A stretch of DNA of 64,000 nucleotides from Octopus sinensis. Taxonomy: Eukaryota. Positions 23,950 to 36,541 of this stretch are shown in pieces. Under the pieces are notes generated by a model, which worked only from the letters and a program-made list of their open reading frames with translations, had not been told where the DNA came from and searched no databases. The stretch is from positions 1 through 64,000 of the forward strand of contig NW_021834204.1 in NCBI RefSeq assembly GCF_006345805.1. Direction: 5' to 3'. Positions within the stretch are counted from its first letter, which is position 1. Every line of letters starts with the position of its first letter. Made by a program: the position numbers and the translations under genes.

Positions 23950-24169
23950 CTCTGCTATTCACACTTTCGAAATTTCACTGAAGAGACTGGGAAGTCATAA
24001 ATATCGACAATAATCTTCACCTAAAATATGTGGATTGATCCTAAGTTAAAAAATTATCTTTATTGTTATCAATGATATCATTATAATTATCAATATTGTT
24101 TATAAATAGCTGAAAATTTATTATCATCGCCTTCTTCTTCTCCCGTCTCCTCTATATCTTCCTTCAATT

Positions 24170-24194
24170 CACCACCACCACCACCACCACAACC

Positions 24195-24226
<32 letters not shown>

Positions 24227-24666
24227 CACCACTACCACCACCACCACCACCACCACCACCACCACCACCACCACCACCACCGCCGCCGCCGTCGTCGTCG
24301 TCATCGTTGTTGCTGATGTTTATTTGGAGACCATTAGGAAATATTTTTCGCAACGCTATGCTGAACAGCGTAACATGAGTGAAAATCTGCGATTTGAAAC
24401 ACTCAAACAAACAGAATTAAATCTATAAATTTCAAAGATAACGTGATATGCCGGGTGTATTGCATACGTACATACACACACAAGCACACAAACACACGCA
24501 CGCAAGCGCATGCACACTCACACACACGCGCACACGTACACATACACTAGTATGCATATAAATGTGTGGGTGTGTGTATATATATGAACATATATATTAT
24601 ATATATGTGTATATTGTATTATATATATAGATGTATATATATATATATATATATACATATAAATAT

Positions 24667-24707
<41 letters not shown>

Positions 24708-24731
24708 TGTATATACATACACACATACATA

Positions 24732-24762
<31 letters not shown>

Positions 24763-24843
24763 AACATATATAAACGTAGACATTTAAATAAACACATCTA
24801 TGTGTAAATATGTGTATAGTAGTAGTAGTAGTAGTAATAATAA

Positions 24844-24899
<56 letters not shown>

Positions 24900-24920
24900 T
24901 AATAATAATAATAATAAAAA
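24170..24920. repeat. (CAC)n, (TA)n/(CA)n and (TAA)n microsatellite blocks
   Basis: Directly visible. Confidence 0.9.
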
Positions 24921-25351
24921 TAACAATTCCTTCATTTATTTAGCCACTCAGGGCAATTACATTCAATTTCATTCATGCATACCAAATATGAAATGTTAAA
25001 ACTAGGAGAGGGCAGCTCGCAAAAACGTGTGGGTTAGGACGAAAGCAGTTATATAAAAGCGAGGGAAGAGTGAAATAAGTTATACAATAGACGTGGACTC
25101 TGGTTTATAAGCCAAAATGAACCAATACGCAAAATATGAAAAAGATTATAGAAAAACATACAACACATACTACATACAACAGATATAATATAAATCGTAA
25201 ATTCAAAGTTATCCACAAAACACGGTTGAGAATCAACTGGTGCGTTTGGCTTGGAGCATCCAATGTCTTTGTCTGCACGCCACCAAACGAACTGGAAAAA
25301 TGTGCGGCCAAAAGCTCCCGTTAATATCTTTAACGTGAATCGTAACAAAAA

Positions 25352-25533
25352 ATGGCGTGGTATTATTGGTTGAACGACGGAAGGGGGTCCATGGTCATCG
25401 GCTTCTGGGACTCAGGACGTAACGGATTCTCCAGCCCCTCACGAAGCTGGAACGGATGCTGCTTCCTGCTGTTATTGCTGCTGACCACTCCGTTCTTCCA
25501 TATCCTTTCGACTGTTTCTGCAGGGTGTAGGGA
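25352..25533 (+). CDS. Candidate first coding exon of an unidentified secreted or membrane protein
   Basis: Strong start context CAAAAAATGG; about two-thirds of codons end in G/C in an AT-rich background; hydrophobic stretch CCFLLLLLLTTPFFHILSTVSAG; donor-like GA|GTAAGG at 25534. No homology recognised and no downstream exon identified. Confidence 0.3.
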
Positions 25534-25705
25534 GTAAGGAGTCTTTTGTGTTCTTGGTTAGCTATTGGCGCTGAAAATGAGTTGTTATCCCCAGTAAATT
25601 CCGGTGAAAGCTCCGGAATTACCGGTTAACAACGACGATAACCACAACACAATGAACAGATGGCCATCACTATTATAAGTAATGATGATGATGATGATGA
25701 TGATG

Positions 25706-25736
<31 letters not shown>

Positions 25737-25742
<6 letters not shown>

Positions 25743-27900
25743 CTACAATGTTCAAGGCATTTACTACAGTGATATCGCAAAGGTTGAAGAAGCACCTGGA
25801 CGAAAACAAACTGTTCCCAGAAGAGCAGAAAGGATGCTGTAAAGGCTCATATGGCTGTAAAGATCAACTAATGATTAATAAAGCCATAACTGAAGACAGC
25901 CACAGAAAGAAGAAAGGCCTCAGTATGGCCTGGATCGACTACAAAAAGGCGTTTGATAGCATCCCTCACACATGGATCCTCGAAACACTAGCCATTAACA
26001 AAGTAGCACCAACAATCATAAAATTCATAGGGCACTCTATGAATAAATGGCAAACAGTGCTACAGCTCCAAACAAAAGAGGGACTCATGAAAACCAAAGA
26101 CATCCCCATTAGAAGAGGAATATTCCAGGGAGACACGCTCTCTCCACTCCTTTTCTGCTTGGCACTGTCACTTCTATCTGATATGCTAAATAGAACTGGA
26201 TGCGGATATAAATGTTACGGCAAAACGATCAGCCACCTTTTATATATGGATGACCTAAAACTATACGCTACAAATGACAAACAGCTGGAAACACTATTAA
26301 AGACAGTTCATGGATTTATCAAAGAAATAGATATGAAATTTGGATTAGAAAAATGCGCCAAAGTAACCATGAAAAGAGGAAAACTAGTTAAGAGTAGCAA
26401 CATCACACTAGATAAAACCAATGAAATAAAAGAATTAGACCAAAGCCAAACTTACAAATACTTAGGAATCCATGAACTAGATAAGACACAACACACACAA
26501 ATGAAATAAAAAATAAAAAAAGAATATTATAGACGAGTTAGATCAATACTAAAAACAGAGCTCAATGCTAAAAACAAAATAATAAGTATTAACACTTTAG
26601 CTGTCCCAGTTATAAGTTACAGCTACAATATCCTTAACTGGACACTAAATTAACTGACCAAAATAGATAGGAAAACAAGAAAAATAATGACAGGATCTAG
26701 GATGCATCACCCAAAATCTGACATAGAAAGACTATATATACAACGTATAGAAGGTGGTAGAGGCCTTATACAACTGGAAAACTACTATAAAATAACTACC
26801 AAAGGACTGCAAAAATATCTACTTCAGAAGGAAGGAAAACTGATACAAATAGCGGCAAAACACGAGTAAAACAAAAAACTGTTCTCAGTATTTAAGGAAG
26901 CTGACAAATACAAACAAGAAATCATACCACCTAATAAACATGAAGAAGAAGAAGAAGATGAAGAAACAACAAAAGCTATAAAACAAATTAAATCCAAACT
27001 AAAAATAGAACAGCAACGAACCATGATAAAACGATGGCAAGAAAAGCCCCTTTATGGTAAATACTGGACTAAACTAAACGCAAAAGAAATAGACAAAGAA
27101 AAATCCCAGCAATGGTTGAGAAGCTCAGGACTCAAAGCAGAAACAGAGGGATTTTTAATTGCAGCACAAGACCAAAGCCTCCCCACCAGAAATTACCAAA
27201 AACATGTAATGAAAAGAAATATAACAAGTAACTGCAGAATATGTGGAGATGGACAAGAAACAATAAATCATATTATCTCTGGCTGCCCAGTCCTGGCTAA
27301 GAAGGAATATATTCACAGACATGACAGAGTTGGAACCTACATACATTGGAAGCTAAGCCAACATTATGGAATAACAACAGAAAAAAGATGGTATAGGCAC
27401 ACACCAGAAAAGGTCACAGGAAACGAGAAAGCAAACCATACTCTGGGATATGCCGATACACACAGATAGAGAAATTAAGGCCAACAGACCAGATATAGTT
27501 GTCAGAGATCATGAAGAAAAAAAATGCTTTCTAATTGATGTATCAATACCGGCTGATGACAACGTGTCTCTAAAAGAAATGGAGAAACTCTCAAAATACA
27601 AAGACCTGGAAATAGAGGTAACCAGAATGTGGAATCTAAAAACAGAAACAATTCCTATCATAGTAGGTGCATTAGGCATGATAAAAAAATATTCAGACAA
27701 ATACATAACAAAAACACCAGGACTTACAAACACATATAACATACAGAAAATTGCACTACTAGGCACTGCACACATCCTACGCAGAACACTTTCCATACAA
27801 TAACCATCAGAGCATCACAACAAATCACAGCACATACCCAAGGCACACAGAGCTGCGCTCGGTAGTGAAGTGAAAGCACGCTATAAAAATAAAACTACTA
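25737..27900 (+). mobile_element. 5'-truncated R4/Dong-clade non-LTR retrotransposon (RT + CCHC + restriction-like endonuclease), disrupted
   Basis: RT motifs WIDYKKAFDS, GIFQGDTLSP, LLYMDDLKL, YKYLG; CRICGDGQETINHIISGC; RHDRV; RPDIVV..DVSIP..EKLSKY. In-frame stops at 26507, 26651 and 26867, and a +1 frameshift near 27430. (TAA)n on both sides. Confidence 0.95.
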
Positions 27901-27994
27901 AATAATAATAATAATAATAATAATATAATATAATAATATAAATAATAATAATAATATAATATTAATATAATAATATAATAATATAATAATAATA

Positions 27995-28023
<29 letters not shown>

Positions 28024-28025
<2 letters not shown>

Positions 28026-28277
28026 TCAAAAGATAGTGCTCATGGGAACTGCTCATATCCTACGCAAAATACTTTCTATGTAATCTCAAGTTTTAAAACA
28101 AGCATAATTTTCGTATGTTTTTTTTTAGACATTCACTAGTACAACACTAAATACAAAACCAAATATATAGCACACTAAGCATAACAACAACATGAACTTC
28201 CAACCTGTTGTCTCTTGAGGTCTCTGGGTGAGACTTGGAGCCAACTTGTACAAATGTAAAGCAAAAGTCAAATATAG
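28024..28277 (+). mobile_element. 3'-terminal fragment of a second Dong subfamily (copy 1)
   Basis: Encodes IQKIVLMGTAHILRKILSM*, homologous to IQKIALLGTAHILRRTLSIQ* of the main element, then a different 3' UTR. Flanked by (TAA)n. Confidence 0.88.
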
Positions 28278-28352
28278 AATAATAATAATAATAATAATAA
28301 CAATAATAATAATAATAATGATAATAATAATAATAAAAATAAAAAAAAAAAA

Positions 28353-28404
<52 letters not shown>

Positions 28405-28406
<2 letters not shown>

Positions 28407-28657
28407 TCAAAAGATAGTGCTCATGGGAACTGCTCATATCCAACGCAAAATACTTTCTATGTAATCTCAAGTTTTAAAACAAGCATAATTTTCGTATGTT
28501 TTTTTTTGACATTCACTAGTACAACACTAAGTACAAAACCAAATATATAGCACACTAGGCATAACAACAACATGAACTTCCAACCTGTTGTCTCTTGAGG
28601 TCTCTGGGTGAGACTTGGAGCCAACTTGTACAAATGTAAAGCAAAAGTCAAATATAG
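28405..28657 (+). mobile_element. 3'-terminal fragment of a second Dong subfamily (copy 2)
   Basis: Near-identical to 28024-28277 with the same 5' breakpoint. Confidence 0.88.
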
Positions 28658-28734
28658 AATAATAATAATAATAACAATAATAATAATAATAATGATGATA
28701 ATAATAATAAAAAAAAAAAATAATAATAATGATA

Positions 28735-28978
28735 ATTCAAAAGATAGTGCTCATGGGAACTGCTCATATCCTACGCAAAATACTTTCTATGTAATCTCAA
28801 ATTTTAAAACAAGCATAATTTTCGTATGTTTTTTTTTTTGACATTCACTAGTACAACACTAAATACAAAACCAAATATATAGCACACTAGGCATAACAAC
28901 AACATGAACTTCCAGCCTGTTGTCTCTTGAGGTCTCTGGGTGAGACTTGGAGCCAACTTGTACAAATGTCAAATATAG
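28735..28978 (+). mobile_element. 3'-terminal fragment of a second Dong subfamily (copy 3)
   Basis: Near-identical to copies 1 and 2, with the same breakpoint and an 11-bp deletion near the 3' end. Confidence 0.88.
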
Positions 28979-28996
28979 AATAATAATAATACTAAC

Positions 28997-29062
<66 letters not shown>

Positions 29063-29089
29063 TATAATAATAATAATAATAAGATGATG

Positions 29090-29124
<35 letters not shown>

Positions 29125-31218
29125 GGTTTCTAACGATAAAAAGAACGAAACTTTTACTAGGGTCATAAGAATAGAAAAGAAGAAAACGTGAAGCGTGAAA
29201 GACAAGCTTAAAAATATGAATGGTAGAGTTAAGTGACGTTAAACAATACATAAAAAGGCATATTAAGATTTTTAAACGTACGCATGCGCGCACACATATG
29301 CATCTATTAATATAATACAGAAAACAAAGCATTTTTATGTTTTATAAAACATACGTTTGTCTCGGCATATTACTGCCAATATTACATAATTACTGGTTGA
29401 AACATTATATAATCCTGTTAGTTCACCTCGTCATTTTTAGCAAAAATACTGGGATACACATCAATATATGCATGTACATGCTTGCACACGAGTAAATAGA
29501 AACGTACGATAACATAATTAAAATATGATGTAATTAGGGGTAATAAGCATAAAAAATTATTGGTTAAGTTGAGTTAGGGCAGTTCACAACCCTGTTTGCT
29601 TAAACAGTTCTCATATTGTGTTCGAATGCACTAGTAAGCATTTTTTTTGAGAAAATAACCCGTGAGGAATATGCTCTTTTAAGTTAGTTGTAATACTTTA
29701 TTACAATGTTTGTTTAAAGAGAAGAGGCATGTCACTGATGAGTCAGTGAATAGCGACTGAATGATTTTGGCAAACGAGAAATCGATTTATTACAACAGTT
29801 ATTTTTTTAATTTTTATTTTTATATTTACTAATTTTTTGTATGCTGGTTATATTCAGAACCTAACTGTTCTTTGTGACATTCTGATTTCTTCGGAAAGTC
29901 TGTCGCATGACAGATAGGTAATTTTGTCTATTAAATATTTTCTTGATTCCCGAGAAAAGAAAAAACAGAAAAATACAACAGACGGTTCTGTTCATCTTCG
30001 TCTTCATTTTTTTCATTATTTTGACTTTATTTTTTCTTATTTAGTTTTCTTTCTTTTTTTTTTTTTTTTTTTTTTTACTTCTTGTGGATATTCAACTCTG
30101 AGGAGCGTTTTACTACGGCAGATGTAGCAGCTAGGTTTTCAATCCTGTGTCATTAGTTTCAAGTCGTTTGTCTCAAAATCTTCTACACGTTACAGTTCCG
30201 GTATGATTCTATAGCCATCGAAGATCATTTCAACTGGAAAGTTCATTTTAACATCTGATCGCATGTCACTTTTCATTAGCCCTGCTTTGACGATTCGCCG
30301 TTACTGCGATACAAAATCGATGACAAGCCACGAATCTGCATAGGTACCGATTTCGCTTATCATAATTCTTGTAGTTCTTTGACTCATGTACTTGGACACT
30401 ATATATTTATACAGTTTGACAATTTCAACCCAAGTGTTTGCGGAGTCTTCAGGTTCTGGCGAGAGGATTTCTCCCTATATATCCTGAGGATCTAACAGTA
30501 CTTGATATGAGAAAAGATTTAGTCCACTTCCATCCTTTCGTAGTCAGAGTTATATATTTTTCTCTTTACCTACTCTCTTCTGAATTATCTCCTGTGACAG
30601 AGAAATGGTGTTAAGCTTTAAAAAATTCCCCATCTACATATTTTAGCAGTCCTTTGTTATTGACGAAATAATTCACCCACACAACTTTCTCTTATCACAT
30701 AGATAAAGAGGCTTGGCTGAAACAGAGAGTGAATGATTTCATATCTTCATATAAACATCCAGTATACCAATATCGAAGAATCACCCATATTTTTTCTTGC
30801 AGCTATAACAGTTCTAAAAATTTGTTCCGTTTATGATGATGTTATGGAAAGTCTTGCCTTAACTGTTTTATGAACTGATCACAGTATCTGACTTTATGTA
30901 ACCGTCGAAACTTCTAAAATTATTTTTACGACAGTCAGTGTCGTCAAAATGATTTATTTGAATATTTGGATCATTTTCACTAAACTGTTAATTTTTCCCT
31001 CTTCCTCTTGTTTGTTCGATTTTGTGTATTTTTCTTTGTATTGTTGTCTTTAGTCGTGAAGTTTATGTATCTCTAGTCGCCCTTTAGCTCTCTCTCTCTC
31101 TATCTATCTATATTTACACACACACACACACACCTCAGAACCTCCCAATATTATGGCCCATTAGTTAAGTATAATCCTAGCATAGCAGGATCACCAATGA
31201 AGACTGTCTGGCAATACC

Positions 31219-31435
31219 TATTTCTTTACTACCCACAAGGGGCCAAATAAGAGGACAAATAAGGTCAGACAAACGGATTAAATCGATTATATCGACTGGT
31301 ACTTATTTAATCGACCCCGAAAGGATGAAAGGCAAAGTTGACCTTCGCGGAATTTGAACTCAGAACGCAGCGGCAGACGAAATACCGCTAAGCATTTCGC
31401 CCGGCTTGCTAACGTCTCTGCCAGCTAGCCGCCTT
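31219..31435 (-). mobile_element. SINE family A monomer with 15-bp TSD
   Basis: Family A head, core and tail on the minus strand; CTGTCTGGCAATACC at 31204-31218 and 31436-31450. Confidence 0.92.
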
Positions 31436-32009
31436 CTGTCTGGCAATACCAATATATGTAATAATACAAACAACAAAACCACCATAAACCGCGGACTCTA
31501 ATAAATTCAACCTTATTAGCGATATGAAAAAGTGACAACTTACTCGGGTTAACTTTAGGCATTGTCGAGTATTACCTGACTGGTCTGTTCTGGAAGACAT
31601 TCAGACTGACGACTATTATAGATAACTTTCAGAACTCATTAATCTATCAGTGCTTATGAAAGGTAGCGCTAATTCGAGACAAGCCACACCAACGTGAAAC
31701 TGTCATTAGGGGAGGCTATCCAAGATGTTTGCAGAGTAACCAAATCGGTGTCCGATCAGTTTTTGATATCTGGAATAGTGTTGAACAAATGTCGTCATGT
31801 TGAAGTGAGTATCAGTCGAGTCCCTCGTAAAAATCGGTGAGCATGATTTTTAACCGTCAATGCATTGACAACCTGATGGAATTTTGGTAAGAAGGCGAGA
31901 ACTATGAAGGAGAACATATTATTGATCGAGTTGCTAAAACTGTTGATGAAAAACAAGAATTAAAATAAATAGGAAAAAAATAGGAACGTATTTATCTGAC
32001 AAGTTCTCT

Positions 32010-32068
32010 CCTTCTCTCTCTCTTTTGTCCTCTCTCTCTCTCTCTCTTTCTTGTCTTCTCTTTCTCTC

Positions 32069-32133
<65 letters not shown>

Positions 32134-32374
32134 TTACATACACTTACATGTATACAAATATAGATATACATAATATGTACTATATATGATACATACATAG
32201 ATACACACATACACTGTAAACTATATGGCGAGAATTTTACAATTTAATTGAAAACATATTCTAAGAGTAATGAATTAGCAAAAATCTCGATAGAGTAAAA
32301 TAACTCCAGAGAATTTATATATGCAGATATAGCGGCGATAACATTACTTAATCACATGCCAAACATCCAAACAA

Positions 32375-32416
<42 letters not shown>

Positions 32417-32425
32417 ATCTATATA

Positions 32426-32456
<31 letters not shown>

Positions 32457-32806
32457 ATATGGCACACGCATACAGACACATATATGTACACACACATACA
32501 CACATATATATATATATAATATATATACATGTATGTATACACATATATGTATACACACACAACACACACACACACACACACACCACACATATATATATAT
32601 ATATATGTACAGACATAAACACACAAACACATACACACACACATATATATATATAAGCATATATATATGTGAAGACATATATCTATATAAAACATGCATA
32701 TACATGTATGCATAATAAGTGTATGTACATAAGTATGCATACATACATACATACACATATGTTTGTGTTCACGCCCATACACAAACAAACACCCACATAT
32801 ACATGC

Positions 32807-32850
<44 letters not shown>

Positions 32851-32880
32851 GCATACAAATGTGCATATACATGTATAAAA
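32010..32880. repeat. (CT)n/(TA)n/(CA)n microsatellite blocks
   Basis: Directly visible. Confidence 0.92.
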
Positions 32881-33623
32881 ATAAATCTCCCTAAAAAGTT
32901 TCATAGCCTTGTGCCTATGTTAATATATCATCGCTATTGAAGATTATTTATTGAACATTAATGCGAAGCAAACAACATTATCAGTTGTATTACGACTCGT
33001 TTCATGATGTGGCGGTTGTCGAGATTATGAAACTTTCCTCTCATATTACTTCTTCCCCTCGCGATTCCACTTCGCATTTATTTATTATCACCTTCTTCTC
33101 TTATCAATTCTATCTAGCGTTTATCATTTGATAATAATGAAATAAATAAACAACAGGAAGATGAAATAGATTATGAAAATGAAAGAAAAGCAAAGAAATA
33201 ATTTAAACAAAGCTTCACCGCAAAAAAAAAATGAAAAAATATATATATAATGGAGAAGAAAGAACTGAAAATGTAGCTAATAACTAAAAAATTATTTTTC
33301 CTGAAAATGCAGAAAATAAATATATAAAAAAATAGTGAAAAAGATAGAAAAAGTGAATGTTATTAACATTATCATCATCATATTGATGTCCATCCTCTTC
33401 ATCCATCATCATTGTTTTCCTCATCGTTGTCATCATCGACATCCTTCGCCTCCTCTTCAACATGATCATGATCATCATCATTATCGACGTCATCATCGTT
33501 TACATTGTCGTCATCGATATCGTCGTCGTCGTAATGATGATGATGATCATCATCATCATCATCATACACACCACCACCGCCACGATCATCATTATCTTCA
33601 CCATCATCGTCGTCGTCATTATC

Positions 33624-33649
<26 letters not shown>

Positions 33650-33661
<12 letters not shown>

Positions 33662-33883
33662 GTTTTACAAAGTCGCAGTCGACGCCGTGATCCTCATCAT
33701 CTTCATGTTTATGATCATTATTATTAACATCATCAGCCCTCCTCCTCCTCCTCCTCCTCCTCCTCCTCCTCATCATCATCATCATCATCGTCATCACTAA
33801 TACTGTCACAACAACCGCTGCCGGCACCAGCACCAGCACCACAATCATCATCACCATCATGATCGTCGTCGTTGTTGTCATCA

Positions 33884-33933
<50 letters not shown>

Positions 33934-34296
33934 TATCATCATCATCACTAATACTGTCACAACAACGCTGCCGGCACCAGCACCACCACCACACCATCAT
34001 CATCACCATCACGATCGTCGTCGTTGTTGTCATCATCATCATCATCATCATATCATCATCATCATCATCATCATCATCATGTTTTACAAAGTCGCAGTCG
34101 ACGCCGTGATCCTCATCATCTTCATGTTTATGATCATTATTATTAACATCATCAGCCATCCTCCTCCTCCTCCTCCTCCTCCTCCTCCTCATCATCATCA
34201 TCATCATCGTCATCACTAATACTGTCACAACAACCGCTGCCGGCACCAGCACCAGCACCACCATCATCATCACCATCATGATCGTCGTCGTTGTTG

Positions 34297-34354
<58 letters not shown>

Positions 34355-34452
34355 TATCATCATCATCACTAATACTGTCACAACAACCGCTGCCGGCACC
34401 AGCACCACCACCACCACCATCATCATCACCATCACGATCGTCGTCGTTGTTG

Positions 34453-34505
<53 letters not shown>

Positions 34506-34593
34506 GTCATCACTAATACTGTCACAACAACCGCTGCCGGCACCAGCACCACCACCACCACCATCAGCACCACCATCATGATCGTCGTTGTTG

Positions 34594-34646
<53 letters not shown>

Positions 34647-34650
34647 GAGT
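33650..34650. repeat. Higher-order minisatellite built on (CAT)n
   Basis: Marker ACTAATACTGTCACAAC at 33796, 33947, 34215, 34368 and 34512; marker ATGTTTTACAAAGTCGCAGTCGACG at 33660 and 34079. Confidence 0.9.
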
Positions 34651-34893
34651 AACGATCTCATTTCCATACATCCCCACGTACAACCTCAATTACAAAACCA
34701 CGTTTGCACATCATGGTGTACATGGCGGTGTAGAACCCTCCTGTAGTTCATCATTTTAATACCCCCCCCCCACACACACCACACAACCCTTATGATCCCC
34801 CCCCCATCCACACTCTCCTTCAGTATGAACATCATTGTCATATTGCACTCAACACCAAAATCATAACCGTCAGCATCATCATCATCATCATTA

Positions 34894-34931
<38 letters not shown>

Positions 34932-35149
34932 CCAACCCCCTTCTTCTTCCTCCTCCTCCTGCTCCTCGTCATCATCATCATTATTGTCATTTGTAATTAC
35001 TTTTTTTTTGTGTGTTTTGCATTTTATTTTGCAATTTAATAATAAACAATAAAAATATGCACGCCAGAAATAACACGCCGATACACCACAGGCCCAGGAA
35101 GACGACGGCGACCACCAGCATCACCACCACCACCAGTACCACCAGCACC

Positions 35150-35630
35150 AGCACCACCACCACAACCACCACCATCACCACCACCACCACCACCAACACC
35201 GTCACTACCGTCACCACCACCACCACCATAACCACCACCACCACCACCAACACCGTCACCACCGTCACCACCACCACCACCATAACCACCACCACCACCA
35301 CCAACACCGTCACCACCGTCACCACCACCACCACCATAACACAACCACCACCACCAACCCGTCACACCGTCACCACCACCACCACCATAACCACCACCAC
35401 CACACCAACACCGTCATCAACCGTCACCACCACCACACCATAACCACCACCACCACCACAACACCGTCATCACCGTCACCACCACACACCACCATAACAC
35501 ACCACCACCACCAACACGGTCACCAACCGTCACCACCACCACCAACATAACCACCACCACCACCACCAACACCGTCACCACCGTCACCACCACCACCAAC
35601 ATAACCACCACCACCACCACCACCAATCAC
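35150..35630. repeat. About 54-bp (CAC)-based minisatellite
   Basis: Unit ..CCAACACCGTCACCACCGTCACCACCACCACCACCATAAC.. repeated about 8 times; later units carry small deletions. Confidence 0.85.
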
Positions 35631-35682
35631 TATCACTACTGCAATAATAATAATAATAATAATAATGTGAGATGATGATGAT

Positions 35683-35714
<32 letters not shown>

Positions 35715-35829
35715 AATAATAATACTAAAATAAAGGTAATAATAAAAATAAAATAATAATAATAGTCATAATAATAATAATAATAATTATAATAATAATA
35801 ATAATAATAATAAAATAATAATGATGATA

Positions 35830-35868
<39 letters not shown>

Positions 35869-36510
35869 GTAATAATAACGTTTTTATTATTTTTTTATAT
35901 TTATATGAAAAGCCCCTTTGATTGTTCCAGGAGTGTAGATTTAGTGGGGCGGTTATCAGATCCCTAGGGCTTGAAGGATAACTTCTCCCACCCAAACGCT
36001 TCGTAGTAGATTGTTTGTTTGATGTCAGCCTGTGTGTGGGGCAGCCCAAGTGTGGGGGCGTGGTGGTAAAGACTGTGGACGATTGGGAAGAATACAAGTT
36101 ATGATGATGACGGCGGTGGTAGTGGTAGTGGTAAGAGTTGTGGTGATGGTGGTGGTGGTGGTGATGAGGATTGTGTTAATGCTTGTGAAACTTTGTGAAT
36201 GATGGTGATGGCAACTGGGTGATTGGTGGGCTTGGTAATATCGTATGTGTGTATGTGTGTGTGTGTGTGTATGTAAATTTGTGCGTGTGTGTGTGTGCGT
36301 GTTTGTGTGTGTGTGTGTGTGTATGTGGGGTTCGAGAAGCACCGGTAGCACTGCTGTTGTTAGCCTTGATGAGGACGATGATCTTGATGAGCATGTTGAT
36401 GATGATGATGATGATGATGATGATGTTGATGATGATGATGATGATGATGATGTTGATGATGATGATGTTGATGATGATGATGATGATGATGATGCTGATG
36501 ATGATGATGT

Positions 36511-36541
<31 letters not shown>

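Larger units (their letters stand above)
27901..29125. repeat. (TAA)n/(CAA)n tracts hosting the Dong fragments
   Basis: Directly visible. Confidence 0.9.

Noticed and set aside
25050-25059. TATATAAAAG as the promoter of the candidate exon
   Set aside because: Several upstream ATGs lie between it and 25352, and TATA-like strings are common in this AT-rich DNA.
25682-25747. Poly-Met/Ile N-terminus of the RT ORF
   Set aside because: It comes from the (GAT)n/(AAT)n target tract; the element is 5'-truncated.
29732-29760. CTGATGAG as a hammerhead core
   Set aside because: No GAAA follows the putative stem II, and the motif sits inside a competing perfect hairpin TCACTGA-TGAG-TCAGTGA.
35012-35443. 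Thr-rich mucin-like ORF from the 54-bp repeat
   Set aside because: Later units break frame, the flanks are generic triplet repeats and no exon boundaries are evident. It would need RNA evidence.
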